From an uncultured Acidobacteriota bacterium (GTDB taxonomy: Bacteria; Acidobacteriota; UBA6911): a stretch of 64,000 nt of DNA. The position numbers were made by a program, and so were the translations under genes. Positions within the stretch are counted from its first letter, which is position 1; each line of letters starts with the position of its first letter. The notes beneath the pieces were generated by a model that did not search any database, was not told the DNA's origin, and saw only the letters and a program-made list of their open reading frames with translations. The stretch spans positions 64,001 through 128,000 of the forward strand of contig CAWHCF010000031.1 of the NCBI GenBank assembly GCA_963827655.1, written 5' to 3'. Positions 12,605 to 22,647 of this stretch are shown piece after piece.

Positions 12605-12628
12605 GTTCGAATCCAGGTTTTCCAGCCA
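12605..12628 (+). mobile_element. tRNA-3'-end-like sequence, possible att-site remnant (tRNA-Gln-like)
   Basis: GTTCGAATCCAGGTTTTCCAGCCA reads as T-loop, 3' acceptor strand and CCA, with no 5' tRNA half upstream. Confidence 0.5.
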
Positions 12629-12731
12629 CGAAATTTGGCCCGTGTTTTCAACGACTTACGGCGCGGTGATTTCACCATCGAACCGCGCCGCGCTCTCACG
12701 ACAAATCTCGCGGCACGTTTTGAAACCGAGG

Positions 12732-12925
12732 TCAGCGTAAGAAGACCGACTCTCCGAATCCAATCGTACGGAAACAAGCTGTGCTGACACCAAGCGCCTC
12801 GCGGGCTCGGTTCAACGCGTGCAATGGTTCATCGATGCCTTCCGTTGTCATTTGAAACGTCCCGAAGTGCATCCCTATGGTTGCCGTCGCCTGAAGATCG
12901 AGGTGCGCTTGGACCGCCTTGTTCC
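12732..12925 (-). pseudogene. C-terminal fragment of a RomA/NAPE-PLD-like MBL-fold hydrolase
   Basis: AVQAHLDLQATATIGMHFGTFQMTTEGIDEPL...FGESV matches the H(W/F)GTF C-terminal motif. Upstream sequence in the ORF is unrelated. Confidence 0.7.
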
Positions 12926-13402
12926 GGATGGCGGTTCGGCGGAAGTCGCGGGATGCTGCCCGGGTCCCGGACGCCGCCCATGCGGCGGCGTCCCGGCACC
13001 GAGCGCCGTGCGGATGGCGACTCGCTTCCTTCTTCCGCCAACTGGTCCGCGCCCGACGCGCGTGTGCATTGCCGGCAATCCACAGATCGGCGGATAGGCC
13101 GAACAAGAGCCGTTTTCCTCGCGGCTTTCTTGAGTAAGCTGCTTTCATTGTTCTCTGCCACAATCGATTCCTTCTTCGTGGGGCAGTGCCCCACTGCTCA
13201 CCGTCTGGTACCGTGCGACGGACTTCCCGTTCAATACTACCGTCGCCCGGACCGTCGTCCGTTTTACTGCTGTCGCTCCTGGGTCAGGACCCCTTGAGCA
13301 TTCTGTCAAACTGTCATTGGTTGTCGTGCACTTCAACCGGTGCTTCCGCCATGGACTGTTGGCGTCTCGATCGTAACTTACGGACAGTGTATGATTTAAG
13401 AC

Positions 13403-14195
13403 GGAAGTGTTGCAAAAGCAACTACAAGGTCGTAGGGTGCGTTATGAAAACAACGAGGCCGCCGCTGTTTCGTGGACGTCACTTCGAACCCGAAATCATC
13501 GTCACTGGTACCTACGATTCTCGCTCAGTCTGCGCGACGTAGAGGAACTGATGGCAGAGCGGGGACTCATCGTAGACCACACGACCATCTGGCGTTGGTG
13601 CCAGCTGTATGGACCGGCAGTCTACTTGCGGCTGAAGGGTCCGGTGAGATACAAACGGACGACCTGGCACGTCGACGAGACGTATGTTCGGATCGCCGGC
13701 CGCTGGATGTATCTCTTCCGTGCTGTAGACAGCCGCGGCGAGACTGTTGATTTCTACCTGTCGGAGACGCGGGATCGTGAAGCAGCCAAGGCCTTTCTCG
13801 TCCAATCCTGACAACCAGCCGCCGCGGGTTTTCTGTATGGACGGAAATCGGAGCTACCCGGCAGCCATTCGTGATCTGCAAGCTGAAGACAAACTACATT
13901 GGCATTGTTGGTATCGGACACGCCGCTATGCAAATAATCGGATCGAGTCGGATCACCGGCAGGTAAAGCGGCGGCTGCGCGCGATGCACGGGCCGCGCAC
14001 GTTCCAGACAGCATGCCGAGTGATTCAGGGCGTCGAGGCTGTACAGATGATCCGAAAGGGACAGGTCCTGGGGATCACGCGAACAAATCTCAGCGTTCGG
14101 GCAATGGTCTTCGGATTTCTCTTAGGCATCGAGTAGTCGCTGACGACCAGTCGTTTGCGCCACCCTGATCATAACCCCGAGTTTGCAACACTTCC
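13403..14195 (+). mobile_element. IS6-family insertion sequence (793 bp) with degraded transposase
   Basis: Perfect 14-bp terminal inverted repeats GGAAGTGTTGCAAA (13403-13416) and TTTGCAACACTTCC (14182-14195), resembling the IS26 end GGCACTGTTGCAAA. No flanking target duplication. Confidence 0.92.
13444..14136 (+). pseudogene. IS6-family DDE transposase in three frames
   Basis: FRGRHFEPEII / WYLRFSLSLRDVEELMAERG...WHVDETYVRIAGRWMYLFRAVD / DGNRSYPAAI...NNRIESDHRQVKRR. Small deletions near 13505 and 13800. Confidence 0.88.
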
Positions 14196-14341
14196 GGTGG
14201 GCGCTCTGTGCCGCGCATTTTCTCTCCTCAAATGGGATCGGGGAGTTGAGGAGCGCGGTTCCGCTGATTCCACTGAGCAGGCTTCCCTGCTAATATTCCA
14301 TACGGAAGTGCTTGGACACCAATCTATTGTGGAGCCTAACC

Positions 14342-14830
14342 ATGGACGCGATTCTCCCTGAACCCACCCAATACTTCGTGCGCGACATCATGACACGCGA
14401 CATAGTCAAGGTGATGCCAGACACCAGCGTAAGCGAGATCGCCCTCCTCATGTCTCAACACCGGATCAGCGGCGTGCCTGTCGTCGACGAGCAGGACCGC
14501 GTGCTCGGCGTCGTTACGGAGTTGGACATGATCGTCCGAAACACGCGCTTCAAGCTGCCCGCCTTCTTCACCCTGTTGAACGCCACGATCTATCTCGAAA
14601 CTCCGGCCCACCTCAAGGAGCGGTTGCATCACATGCTTGGCCTCACAGCCCGCGAAATCATGTCAGAGAAGGTAATGACCGTCACGACGGACGCCAGCAT
14701 CGAGGATTTGGCCGAATTGATGGTGGGACAACGGGGTAACCCGATCCCAGTCGTGGAAAACGGCCGGCTGGCGGGAATTGTCAGCCGCTCCGACATCGTG
14801 CGCTGGATGGCCAAAGGCGTCGCTGAATAG
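14342..14830 (+). CDS. CBS-pair domain protein
   Basis: VRDIMTRD...ISGVPVVDEQDRVLGVVTELDM and AREIMSEK...IPVVENGRLAGIVSRSDIV. Confidence 0.9.
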   Translation: MDAILPEPTQYFVRDIMTRDIVKVMPDTSVSEIALLMSQHRISGVPVVDEQDRVLGVVTELDMIVRNTRFKLPAFFTLLNATIYLETPAHLKERLHHMLGLTAREIMSEKVMTVTTDASIEDLAELMVGQRGNPIPVVENGRLAGIVSRSDIVRWMAKGVAE

Positions 14831-14984
14831 GCCACAAAAACTGATCTGCCGAGAGACCATGGACGATTGGCCTTACCCCCATTCTTATCGGGGCGGTGTT
14901 GTTTGTATTCGCGCTGCTCAACAAGCCATCCCCGTCGTTGAAGGGCGACTCGAGCGACTCCAACTGAACGGGCGGAACGATGGA

Positions 14985-15377
14985 TCATTTCCGTAAGTCT
15001 GACCGTGACGCGAGCATGTCTTCCAGGGCTGCCAGTCGCAGCTGAATCTCCGCGAGACTCGCCGTCCGCAACCGCAGGAAGATACCGACCGTGCTCAGCG
15101 TGGCGATGAGGACGCTGAGCATGCCGAGCACAACCACCAGGGGGATGGCAGATCCGACGACCGTTGCCCACGGCAACACACCCGCAGCGTAGGCTCTCGC
15201 CATCTCGGCCACCTGCATGCCGACAAGAACGGCGAAGAGCGCAACGATGCCGAACGTGATGGACCAGGCCGCTATGCTCAGCCTGCGAAGGAAGCGGTCG
15301 CGCCGCTTTTCATCGTCGACGCGCGCCCAGGCTTTTTCGGCGGAGGGTGAAGCTGATGTCGTCATAGGTGACCTCAT
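14985..15377 (-). CDS. Small two-TM membrane protein, putative anti-sigma partner
   Basis: Two hydrophobic helices. ATGA overlap with the stop of the upstream ECF sigma; alternative start at 15365. Confidence 0.7.
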   Translation of the reverse strand: MRSPMTTSASPSAEKAWARVDDEKRRDRFLRRLSIAAWSITFGIVALFAVLVGMQVAEMARAYAAGVLPWATVVGSAIPLVVVLGMLSVLIATLSTVGIFLRLRTASLAEIQLRLAALEDMLASRSDLRK

Positions 15378-15928
15378 GTCAGAAGTTCTTGCAATCGTCG
15401 CTTCGCATGGTGCAACCGGGTTCGAACCGTCCCGATCGGACAGCCGAGGACGAGCGCGATTTCGGCGTAACTGAGCTCGTCTTGATACCGGAGCAACAGG
15501 ACCTCGCGGTGCGGCGGTGAGATCTTTGCCAACGCCGCGTTCAACACCGTCTCGTCGAGCGCCGTGAAGCTCGTCCCCTCATCGGGCTCGTTCGCTTCCA
15601 CGGAGACGACCGATGCTTCTTCGATCAACTCCCGCTCGCGCTTCCGGCTCCGCAGGAAGTCGATGGCGCGATGTCGTGTGGTGCGGAAGAGCCAGGTGCG
15701 GAAAGCGCCTGGGTTGCCAAGCGTCCTGATGCCGCGATACACCGCAAGCCACACTTCCTGCTGAACGTCCTCTGCGGCGTCGCCGAGCAGGGTCCTGAGG
15801 TGCGCCAGGGTGCGGCGGCCAAACCTCTCGAAAAGCCGGGCAAATGCCTGTTCGTCCCCCGCCTGGCACCGCAGCACCAGGAGGTGCAGCCGGACGTTTT
15901 CTAGCTCCGCCGAACTCTGGTCGGTCAT
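15374..15928 (-). CDS. ECF-type RNA polymerase sigma factor
   Basis: Region 2 GDEQAFARL...AEDVQQEVWL...FRTWLF and region 4 LSYAEIALVLGCPIGTVRTRLHHAKRRL. Confidence 0.93.
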   Translation of the reverse strand: MTDQSSAELENVRLHLLVLRCQAGDEQAFARLFERFGRRTLAHLRTLLGDAAEDVQQEVWLAVYRGIRTLGNPGAFRTWLFRTTRHRAIDFLRSRKRERELIEEASVVSVEANEPDEGTSFTALDETVLNAALAKISPPHREVLLLRYQDELSYAEIALVLGCPIGTVRTRLHHAKRRLQELLT

Positions 15929-15965
15929 GGCCGCTCACGCGCGCCTCCGAAGTTGTCGCCCTAGT

Positions 15966-15990
15966 GACGCTCGGGATGCAGAAAAGTTCA
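15966..15990 (-). promoter_or_regulatory. Putative autoregulatory ECF promoter
   Basis: Minus strand TGAAC-16 nt-CGTC about 37 nt upstream of the sigma ATG, the classic ECF AAC...CGT pattern. Confidence 0.6.
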
Positions 15991-16122
15991 GAGGGTGGCT
16001 CTCTCAGCCGACGAGGACCGAGCGCTCAGGGCCGCGATTTCGTTTCGGTAGGGAATGAGGCGGGACTTGTACGGCTTGCCAGCCATCGTAACTTACAGCC
16101 CTTACGGAAGATGAATCGTTCT

Positions 16123-16220
16123 GGAGTGGAAATGTGTTTCCGCTTTATTTCCACTTGTCAGGGAAAAACCTTCAGAAGTGGAAATAAAGTGGAAAGATCT
16201 TTCCACTCTATTTCCGCTCC
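16123..16220. repeat. Cluster of nested inverted GTGGAAA/TTTCCAC repeats
   Basis: 19/20 inverted repeat 16137-16156 vs 16176-16195, perfect 20-bp palindrome AGTGGAAAGATCTTTCCACT at 16188-16207, and an outer 10/11 inverted repeat 16123-16133 vs 16210-16220. Confidence 0.85.
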
Positions 16221-16649
16221 ACTTCCATCACGATATTTATGGCTACCCGGCATGGCCTATGCATCTGAGCACCCATCCTGGAATGGCACCAGGAGCCTGG
16301 CATCGGCTGCGCTCAAAACGATGCTTGTCGTCAATCACTTGTCACCCACAGTCCGCTACCTTGGCCCTCCTGAGGTGGCGCAACCCGGATGGCTCCTAGC
16401 TTGCCAATGTCGACATCCTCAAAAATCGGGTCGAGGCATTGGCCTGTCACCTCGATCGTGCAGAAGGTATAGCTGAGACGCACCAGCCGACCCTGTTCCA
16501 AGAGCTCGGCCTGGGCCAACCAGCGATCGTACGCTAATCAAGCATGTATGCGCTGATAGGCCTAACGGACGGTTAGCCGACTACACGTCCATTGAGTCGG
16601 ATCTGTAAACGATGCGGCGTTAATCGCGGGTAGACTGTCAGCAATCCGT

Positions 16650-17700
16650 TCATTCATAGCGCAGGGCCGTGATCGGATCCACGCGCGTTGCGCGCAGTGC
16701 CGGAAGCAAGGCGGACAGTAAGCAAGCGAGGAGCAGACACCCCAGCGGAGCGCCAACACTCCAGACATTGGACGGCTTCACGTCATACAGAAGAGCAGTA
16801 ATGAACCGTGCAACGGCGATTCCTCCGGCGAAGCCCACAGCCAAACCGAGAGCCGTTACCAAGCAAACCTCCGATACCACCAAACGCACGACTCCCAGCG
16901 GTTGTGCTCCGAGGGCCAGGCGGATCCCGATCTCTCGGGTCCGCTGGACGACACCATAGCTGAGGACGCCATAGAGTCCCACGGCGACCAGAACGATCGC
17001 AACAATCGAGAAGAATGCTGAGAGCAGCGCCAGCACCCGTTCCCGCACTAGCGTATTGTCAACAAGCGTGGACTGAAGGGTGATGCCCGTCATGCGAAAG
17101 GCCGGATGTACGCGGGGCAGCTCGTTCCGCATCAGCGCGGCTAAAGCCGCCGGTTCGAGATGTGCCCGCACTTGGACCGAGGCCCAGCCCGCCGGCCGCA
17201 GGGACTCGTAAACAGTCGGCGGCGTTGCGTCTCGAACGCTGGCGTACTTCGCGTCTCCGGCGATGCCGACGATGTCTTGTGCGATCAGCGTGTTTCCTCT
17301 TCCAACCTTAAAGAAGCGCTTGCCTAACGGAGACTCGCCGGGAAAGTAGCGCCGAGCAAAGCTTTCATTGACAATCACTGCGGAGGGCGATTCGGGCTGC
17401 CCGTTACGCAATACGAAATCCCGCCCATCGAGCAGGCGGATACGCATAGTCTCCAGAAAACGCGGGGAGACTGCTATCAGCCCGAGGGCCCACAGTGGGC
17501 GTTCGAAGTTCTGGCGGAGCCCGGAGGGACCGTTCGCTGCCGATCGAAGATACACGGGCGTATTAATAAGACGCTCGATATGGTCGCGCGGCGCGTCGGC
17601 TCGAGCCGCGGCGGCTCGCTCGCGACGGAAGTTCGTGAATACTGTCTGAAGGATGGCTCGCGCCTGGTCCGGAGTCACGGCAGGTTTCAGTCGGCCCTGG
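16650..17700 (-). pseudogene. ADOP/MacB-FtsX duplicated permease, 5'-truncated and internally deleted
   Basis: GRLKPAVTPDQARA...ERPLWALGLI (end of first periplasmic domain) is fused to AVSPRFLETM...GRDF (middle of the second), then GLYGVLSYGVVQRTREIGIRLALGA...PALRATRVDPITALRYE. Confidence 0.85.
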
Positions 17701-17729
17701 GAACCATGATGGGCGGGGTTACGGCGGCC

Positions 17730-18043
17730 CATCCCACCGTTACCGGAATCACGTTCGACCCCGGTACAGTCAGGGCCGGGGGAACTTCAGTGTGCGCTTC
17801 TCGGGAAGCAATCTCACGGATAAGACCTACTTCGATGTGCGCTTCCGACGGCCAGGCAGCACGTTCGACGAAGTTGCTCTGGATTGGCAACAGGGAACAC
17901 TCGCGGTCCACACTGCGCCGGGAAGCTCGGATCTCGGAGGCTGGATCGTTACGGGTTTGCGCCCGCATCAGGATGCGTCCGACCACGGTGGCCCATTCAT
18001 TCCAGTCTCGGCGACCCTTACGGTCACGGTCTGGCCCTTTTGA
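17730..18043 (+). pseudogene. Orphan C-terminal beta-sandwich (Ig-like) domain fragment
   Basis: PTVTGITFDPGTVRAGG / VRFSGSNLTDKTYFDVRFRRPGS...HQDASDHGGPFIPVSATLTV-stop. Beta-rich, no start codon or upstream body, one frameshift. Confidence 0.5.
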
Positions 18044-18059
18044 CACTCGCCACGACCTT

Positions 18060-18450
18060 TGCGATCTCGCAGACCAGCGTGAGACGCGACGGGCCGCTCG
18101 GCTCCTTATCGTAGCGGCGGAAGCGACTCCGGGGTTCCAGTCGGTGATGAATGGCAGGCGCGTGATGTGGCGGTCGGCGACGGCAAAGACGAGCGTGACC
18201 CACCCGAACACCATCATGCCGGGCCCAACCGGAAGCGTAACAAGTGAGGCAATCACGTCGCTGGCGTGCGTGCCGGTCGCAACGAGCACGGCCGACGCGA
18301 TGACGTGGATCACCAGCATGCCGAGGAGCGCCATCTTGAGCACGAACCAGTAGAACGGGAAGATCGCGGGGCCGATCACGTGCCGGCTGGGCCGGGTAAC
18401 GCGCCGCGAGCATCATCGGGTGGCCGAACTGCTTCAGAATCGCGCTGCGC
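18060..18450 (-). pseudogene. Fragment of a HAAS/DUF1700-like membrane protein
   Basis: ILKQFGHPMMLAARY / VIGPAIFPFYWFVLK...FGWVTLVFAVAD...WNP across frames. Truncated at both ends. Confidence 0.6.
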
Positions 18451-18508
18451 AGACCACCAATAACCAGCCTATGGTTTTAAGCCGAATTGAAGGTGATCTC
18501 ATTAATTA

Positions 18509-18566
18509 GCCACGGATTTCTCGGATTTCACAGAAACTAATCCGTGGAATCTGTGAAATCCGTGGT
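18509..18566. repeat. Inverted 9-nt-period repeat element (CACGGATTT family), copy 1
   Basis: GCCACGGATTTCTCGGATTTCACAGA...AATCCGTGGAATCTGTGAAATCCGTGGT. Related copy at 38410-38464. May act as terminator of the receptor gene. Confidence 0.8.
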
Positions 18567-18576
18567 TGGTTTTGAA

Positions 18577-21500
18577 TCAGAAGTCCAGGCGGGCGCCCAG
18601 GGTAATTATCCGCGCGCCTATCTGCGGACCCGTCGGCCGTCCAAAGTTCGCGTTTCCAATCGTACCAACGATACCGCCAAAGTTCGTCCGGTTGAACACA
18701 TTGAACGCATCGGCGCGTAAGATCAGATCCAAACTCCGATCGCTCTTAACCGGAAACCTCATGCGCTTTTGGAGCGACAAATTCTCTTGGAATGCCGGCG
18801 GGTTGCGGAAATCGTTGAAGTAGTGCGCCGCGTTGCCAAGCTCGAACTGTCCCGGTGAAGTGAACGCGGCTGCGTTAAACCACCGCGTGCTGGGATTGTT
18901 CGGGTCGAGGGTTGTCCGATCGATGCCGGTTTGAATGGCCCCCGTGCCGAGGTTTGCCTTCTTAAACTGCGTGAAGAGTACGCCCGTACCCAGCGTGTTC
19001 GCCGGGGCCTGCACAAGAATCAGACCGCCCGAACGATACTGTTGGAGCGTGCTGATCGTCCAATCGCCCACGAGCAGGTTCGCCGCGAAGTTGTCCGTGT
19101 TCATAAACCTTTTCCCCTTCCCGAACGGCAAGACATAGGAGCTGAGGAAATTGAACACGTGCGTCAGATCGAAGGGCAGGAAACTCTTGTCCTCGTCGTA
19201 GTGGTAGTTGTCCTGCGCAGCAATGTTATGGCCCGAGGTCGCGAAATTCTGGGAGAAAATCTGCCGGTAATGGGCCACTCCTAGCGATTTCGACCAGGTG
19301 TAGGCCCCCATCATTTGCCAATCCCCAAAGCGCCGCTCGACCTTCGCTTGCATAGAGTCATACCAGGTCCGGCCAATGCCCGCGTTGCGCTCAGAAACAT
19401 CGAAGTACTGAGGATATGGTCGCAACGCCTGAGCCAAAGTCTGGTCGTCTGGGAAGCTCGCATACGGCTTGGTGTAACCGGCTGCCACCACGGCAGGGTC
19501 GTCAATCCGGCGCTGCAGCAGGGACCCTAATGATAGCCGGCTTACGGGGAGCTGGTTGAGAAGCACCGTCGAGTTCAACCCGCGTCCGCGGTTACCGACA
19601 TAAGCAATATCGAACACGAACTTCGATACTTCGTGCTGAATATTGATGCTCCAGCTATGGATGCGCGGCGCCCTGCCGAAATTCTCGGAGAACACATCCA
19701 CGTTGTTGAAGTTGCCTACCTCGGGGTCGAGCAGCGGCGGCGGGCGGAACCCCGGGGGAGCGGCGATACCAGTGTCCCAGTTCAGGGCGCCGTTCAAGCC
19801 ATCCGAGACGAGGGTGATGGGATTCGCAAAACCGATCCGGCATCCGCAACCGCCATTGCCGAGCGTCTGATAAAAGATCCCATATCCGCCGCGAAGCACC
19901 GTCTTGTCCGTAATCCTGTAGCTTAAACCAGCTCGGGGCCCGAAGTTGGAGTAATCCGTCGGGTAGGGACGCTTATCGCCGGTCCGTCCGGGGCCCTCTC
20001 CGAAGAAAACCATGGCCCCGGGAAGGCCGCCCGCGCCCGGGTTCGGGATTTGCCGATCCATCCCTGAATAGTCCCCGTTTTTATCATGCCAGTTGATTGG
20101 AAGGTCGTACCGCATACCCAGGCTGAGCGTCAGGCGCGGATTGACTTTCCAGTTGTCCTGGAACCATGCCGCGTGGTAGCCGTAGCGTATATTTCCAATC
20201 AATACCGGCAGCGCGACACGATCGGCTAAGTCCGGCAGTCCCAACAACAGGCTTGCAAAGGCATGGCCCGTTCCGGAGAGATTTGTCGGCAATGCAGTCT
20301 GCGCGCGCGCAAATGTATAGCGGCCGTTGGTTCCGGCGAGGTCAATGGGATCCGAAGTCGTGTGCAACCGCCGGAAATCCCAGCCCATTTTGAACTCGTG
20401 GGCGCCGCGGATCCAGCTCAGTGACTGCGTAAGGTGGTTGGTGATGTTGATCTGGCTGCCATTCGCGACCTTCCCATCCGCGACACCCCACTGCGTCAGG
20501 GCATCGGCGCCGCTGAATATGACGCGCGGCATGGCGTCGGAGTCGCCCGTGATTCCGGGAAAGCCGAACTGTCGATGCAGCCGCCTTCTGGTACGGGTTA
20601 TCCCAGAGCTGGCGCGTGCGCGAGTACCCGAATGTCGTGTGGAGGAGAATAGTTGGACTGAGCACCAGGTCGTGGTTCCAGCGCCAGTTATCGGGACGCT
20701 GGAAAGTCTCGAGCCCCTGCCCTAACGGCCCGGGAAATGCCGCCAAAACGCCGCTCAGTTCATTCTCTTTCGTCATGGTGAATGCCAGCCTGTTGCCCGG
20801 AGTGAACGCATGGTCGAGTTTCAAATTCCAAATGTATTTGTCAAAGACCGTCTCGTTCACATTGTCGAAGTTCCCAGTCAGGGTCGACCGTGTCGGATCC
20901 GGAATGGCTGCGATCAGGTTCCTCGCGATCTGGCTGAATCGGCTTTGCGGAATAATGTTGTTCGGAAAAGGCGTGCGAGTGTTCCCCGACGTGGTCGCCG
21001 GATCGTAGATGATCTGAGAAGCAGGAAGCTCGCCGAAGTCGCCTTGTTTCATGCGGGCCGTCGGCACCGTGCTGAGGACCGGGGTCGAAGTGACCGGCCG
21101 CTTATCTTTCGAATATGTAAAAAAGTAGAACGTCTTGTTGCGGCCATCATAGAGCTTCGGGATCCAGACGGGCCCTCCGGTTGCCGCACCGATTTCGTTG
21201 AAGCGATCCTTCGGCCGGGCCCGCCCTGAGGCGTTGAAAGCCCAGGCATTCGCATTCCAAATATCGCGCCGCCAGTTGAGGAACGCCGTGCCGTGAAACT
21301 CGTTGGTGCCTGACTTCGTGACGTAGAGCTCGACACCTCCCCCGAAACGCCCGTATTCAGCGTCGAACGTCGATGTCAGCAATTTGAACTCGCCGAACAT
21401 TTCCGCCGCGGGAAAATTGAATGACACTCCACCGGATTCCGGAATGGTCGCGGACGCGCCGTCGATCAGGACCTCTTGCGCCCGTCCGCCTGAGCCGGAA

Positions 21501-22015
21501 ACGGACAACTCAGTCGAGGGATTCGCCCCCGGCATGTAGTTGACGAAGGTCCTGGGATTGCGAATGCCGCCCGAAAAGAACGGCAGGGTGTTCATAAACT
21601 GTGTCGAAAGGCCTTGGCCCCGCTGGCTGGACGTTGTCTCGAGAAGCGGAACCTCTTGGGTTACTACGACAGTTTCTTGCATATTGCCGATGTCGAGTGT
21701 CAGGTCTAATTCCTGACGGGTCGCGATCCGTATCTCGACGTTGCCGCGGTTCAGCTTTTTGAATCCCGTCATCTCGACCGAAACCTCATACATCCCAACC
21801 GGGAGACTGGGAATGACGTACAGGCCTGCCTCTGAGGTGAGTGTTTCCGACTTGACCCCGCTTGCGGTGTTCGTCGCCACCACTCGAGCGCCAGGTACAG
21901 CGCTCCCGGTCTGATCCTTAACGGTTCCTGAGAGGGAACCCGTCGCGACCTGAGCTGCCGCGAACGAAGAAAGTAGCAAAACCGCAACTAGGGAGAACAT
22001 AAATCGCTTCATCAT
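18577..22015 (-). CDS. TonB-dependent receptor (Oar-like, carboxypeptidase-regulatory-like N-terminal domain), frameshift near 20575
   Basis: Signal peptide, GSLSGTVKDQTGSAVPGARV, plug motif FDAEYGRFGGG, barrel motif WFQDNWKVNPRLTLSLGMRYD, C-terminal ARLDF. The two ORFs join at QK.AS / FGFPGITG. Confidence 0.9.
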
Positions 22016-22521
22016 CCAGACCCCCTTTTGGTTTCCGTTACCGACTCGAAGTTTGAGTTGCCGGAGTATACACCACAAGACGCAACTGCGCAGCCGCAGT
22101 CGTATGAACTCCTAGTCTCTTACCTTTATATCCCAGAAACGCAGCAGGCATCGGCCGCTGGTTCGTATCTTCGAGCACCCGCAGTAGCTCGGCGTAGCCG
22201 ATGGATGCCAGGTTCTTCTCCATGACAATTGACGACATCCGTTCGAACATGCCACATCTTCGCGGTCGCGCCGCGTAGCTCCACTGCCCGATCGAGAGTA
22301 AGGCCCCAGCTTTCGAGGCTCTGGTTGGTCAGAAGTGACAGAGCGTCGTTTCGCCGCGTAAATACAATTTCATTACCTACTGGCTCGAAAGCCTTCGAAA
22401 TAGACAGAACCGGACCGAAAGCTCAGCTTCGATATCGGTGGCAAGTCTCTTTAGAGACTTTAGGACCCTTGCTGCTAATAAAGTTGACCATTCAAACAAG
22501 TTTCCGAGGGCTGCTCCAGGT

Positions 22522-22551
22522 TGGAGTCGGGCGACAAGTCGCCGAACTCCA
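22522..22551. repeat. REP-like hairpin
   Basis: TGGAGT-CG-GGCGAC-AA-GTCGCC-GA-ACTCCA interrupted palindrome. Confidence 0.55.
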
Positions 22552-22593
22552 TTAATCGAGTGGAGAACAACGGACCGCTTCCAAACATTCCAT

Positions 22594-22623
22594 TTGACAC
22601 GGATGAAATCAAAACGATATCAT
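22594..22623 (+). promoter_or_regulatory. Promoter and probable RHH operator of the SPFH operon
   Basis: TTGACA-18 nt-TATCAT, with TGAAATCA-AAA-CGATATCA (two near-palindromic TGATATCA half-sites) overlapping the spacer and -10. Confidence 0.65.
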
Positions 22624-22647
22624 TCTGCTTTCAAGGAGAGTGCGTCC

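Noticed and set aside
12732-13163. 143-aa ORF as a complete gene
   Set aside because: Only the last ~60 aa look like a protein; the rest translates a GC hairpin (12969-12993) and unrelated DNA.
22038-22555. Small ORFs between the receptor and SPFH genes
   Set aside because: No recognisable motifs or RBS. The region more likely holds divergent promoters and hairpins.
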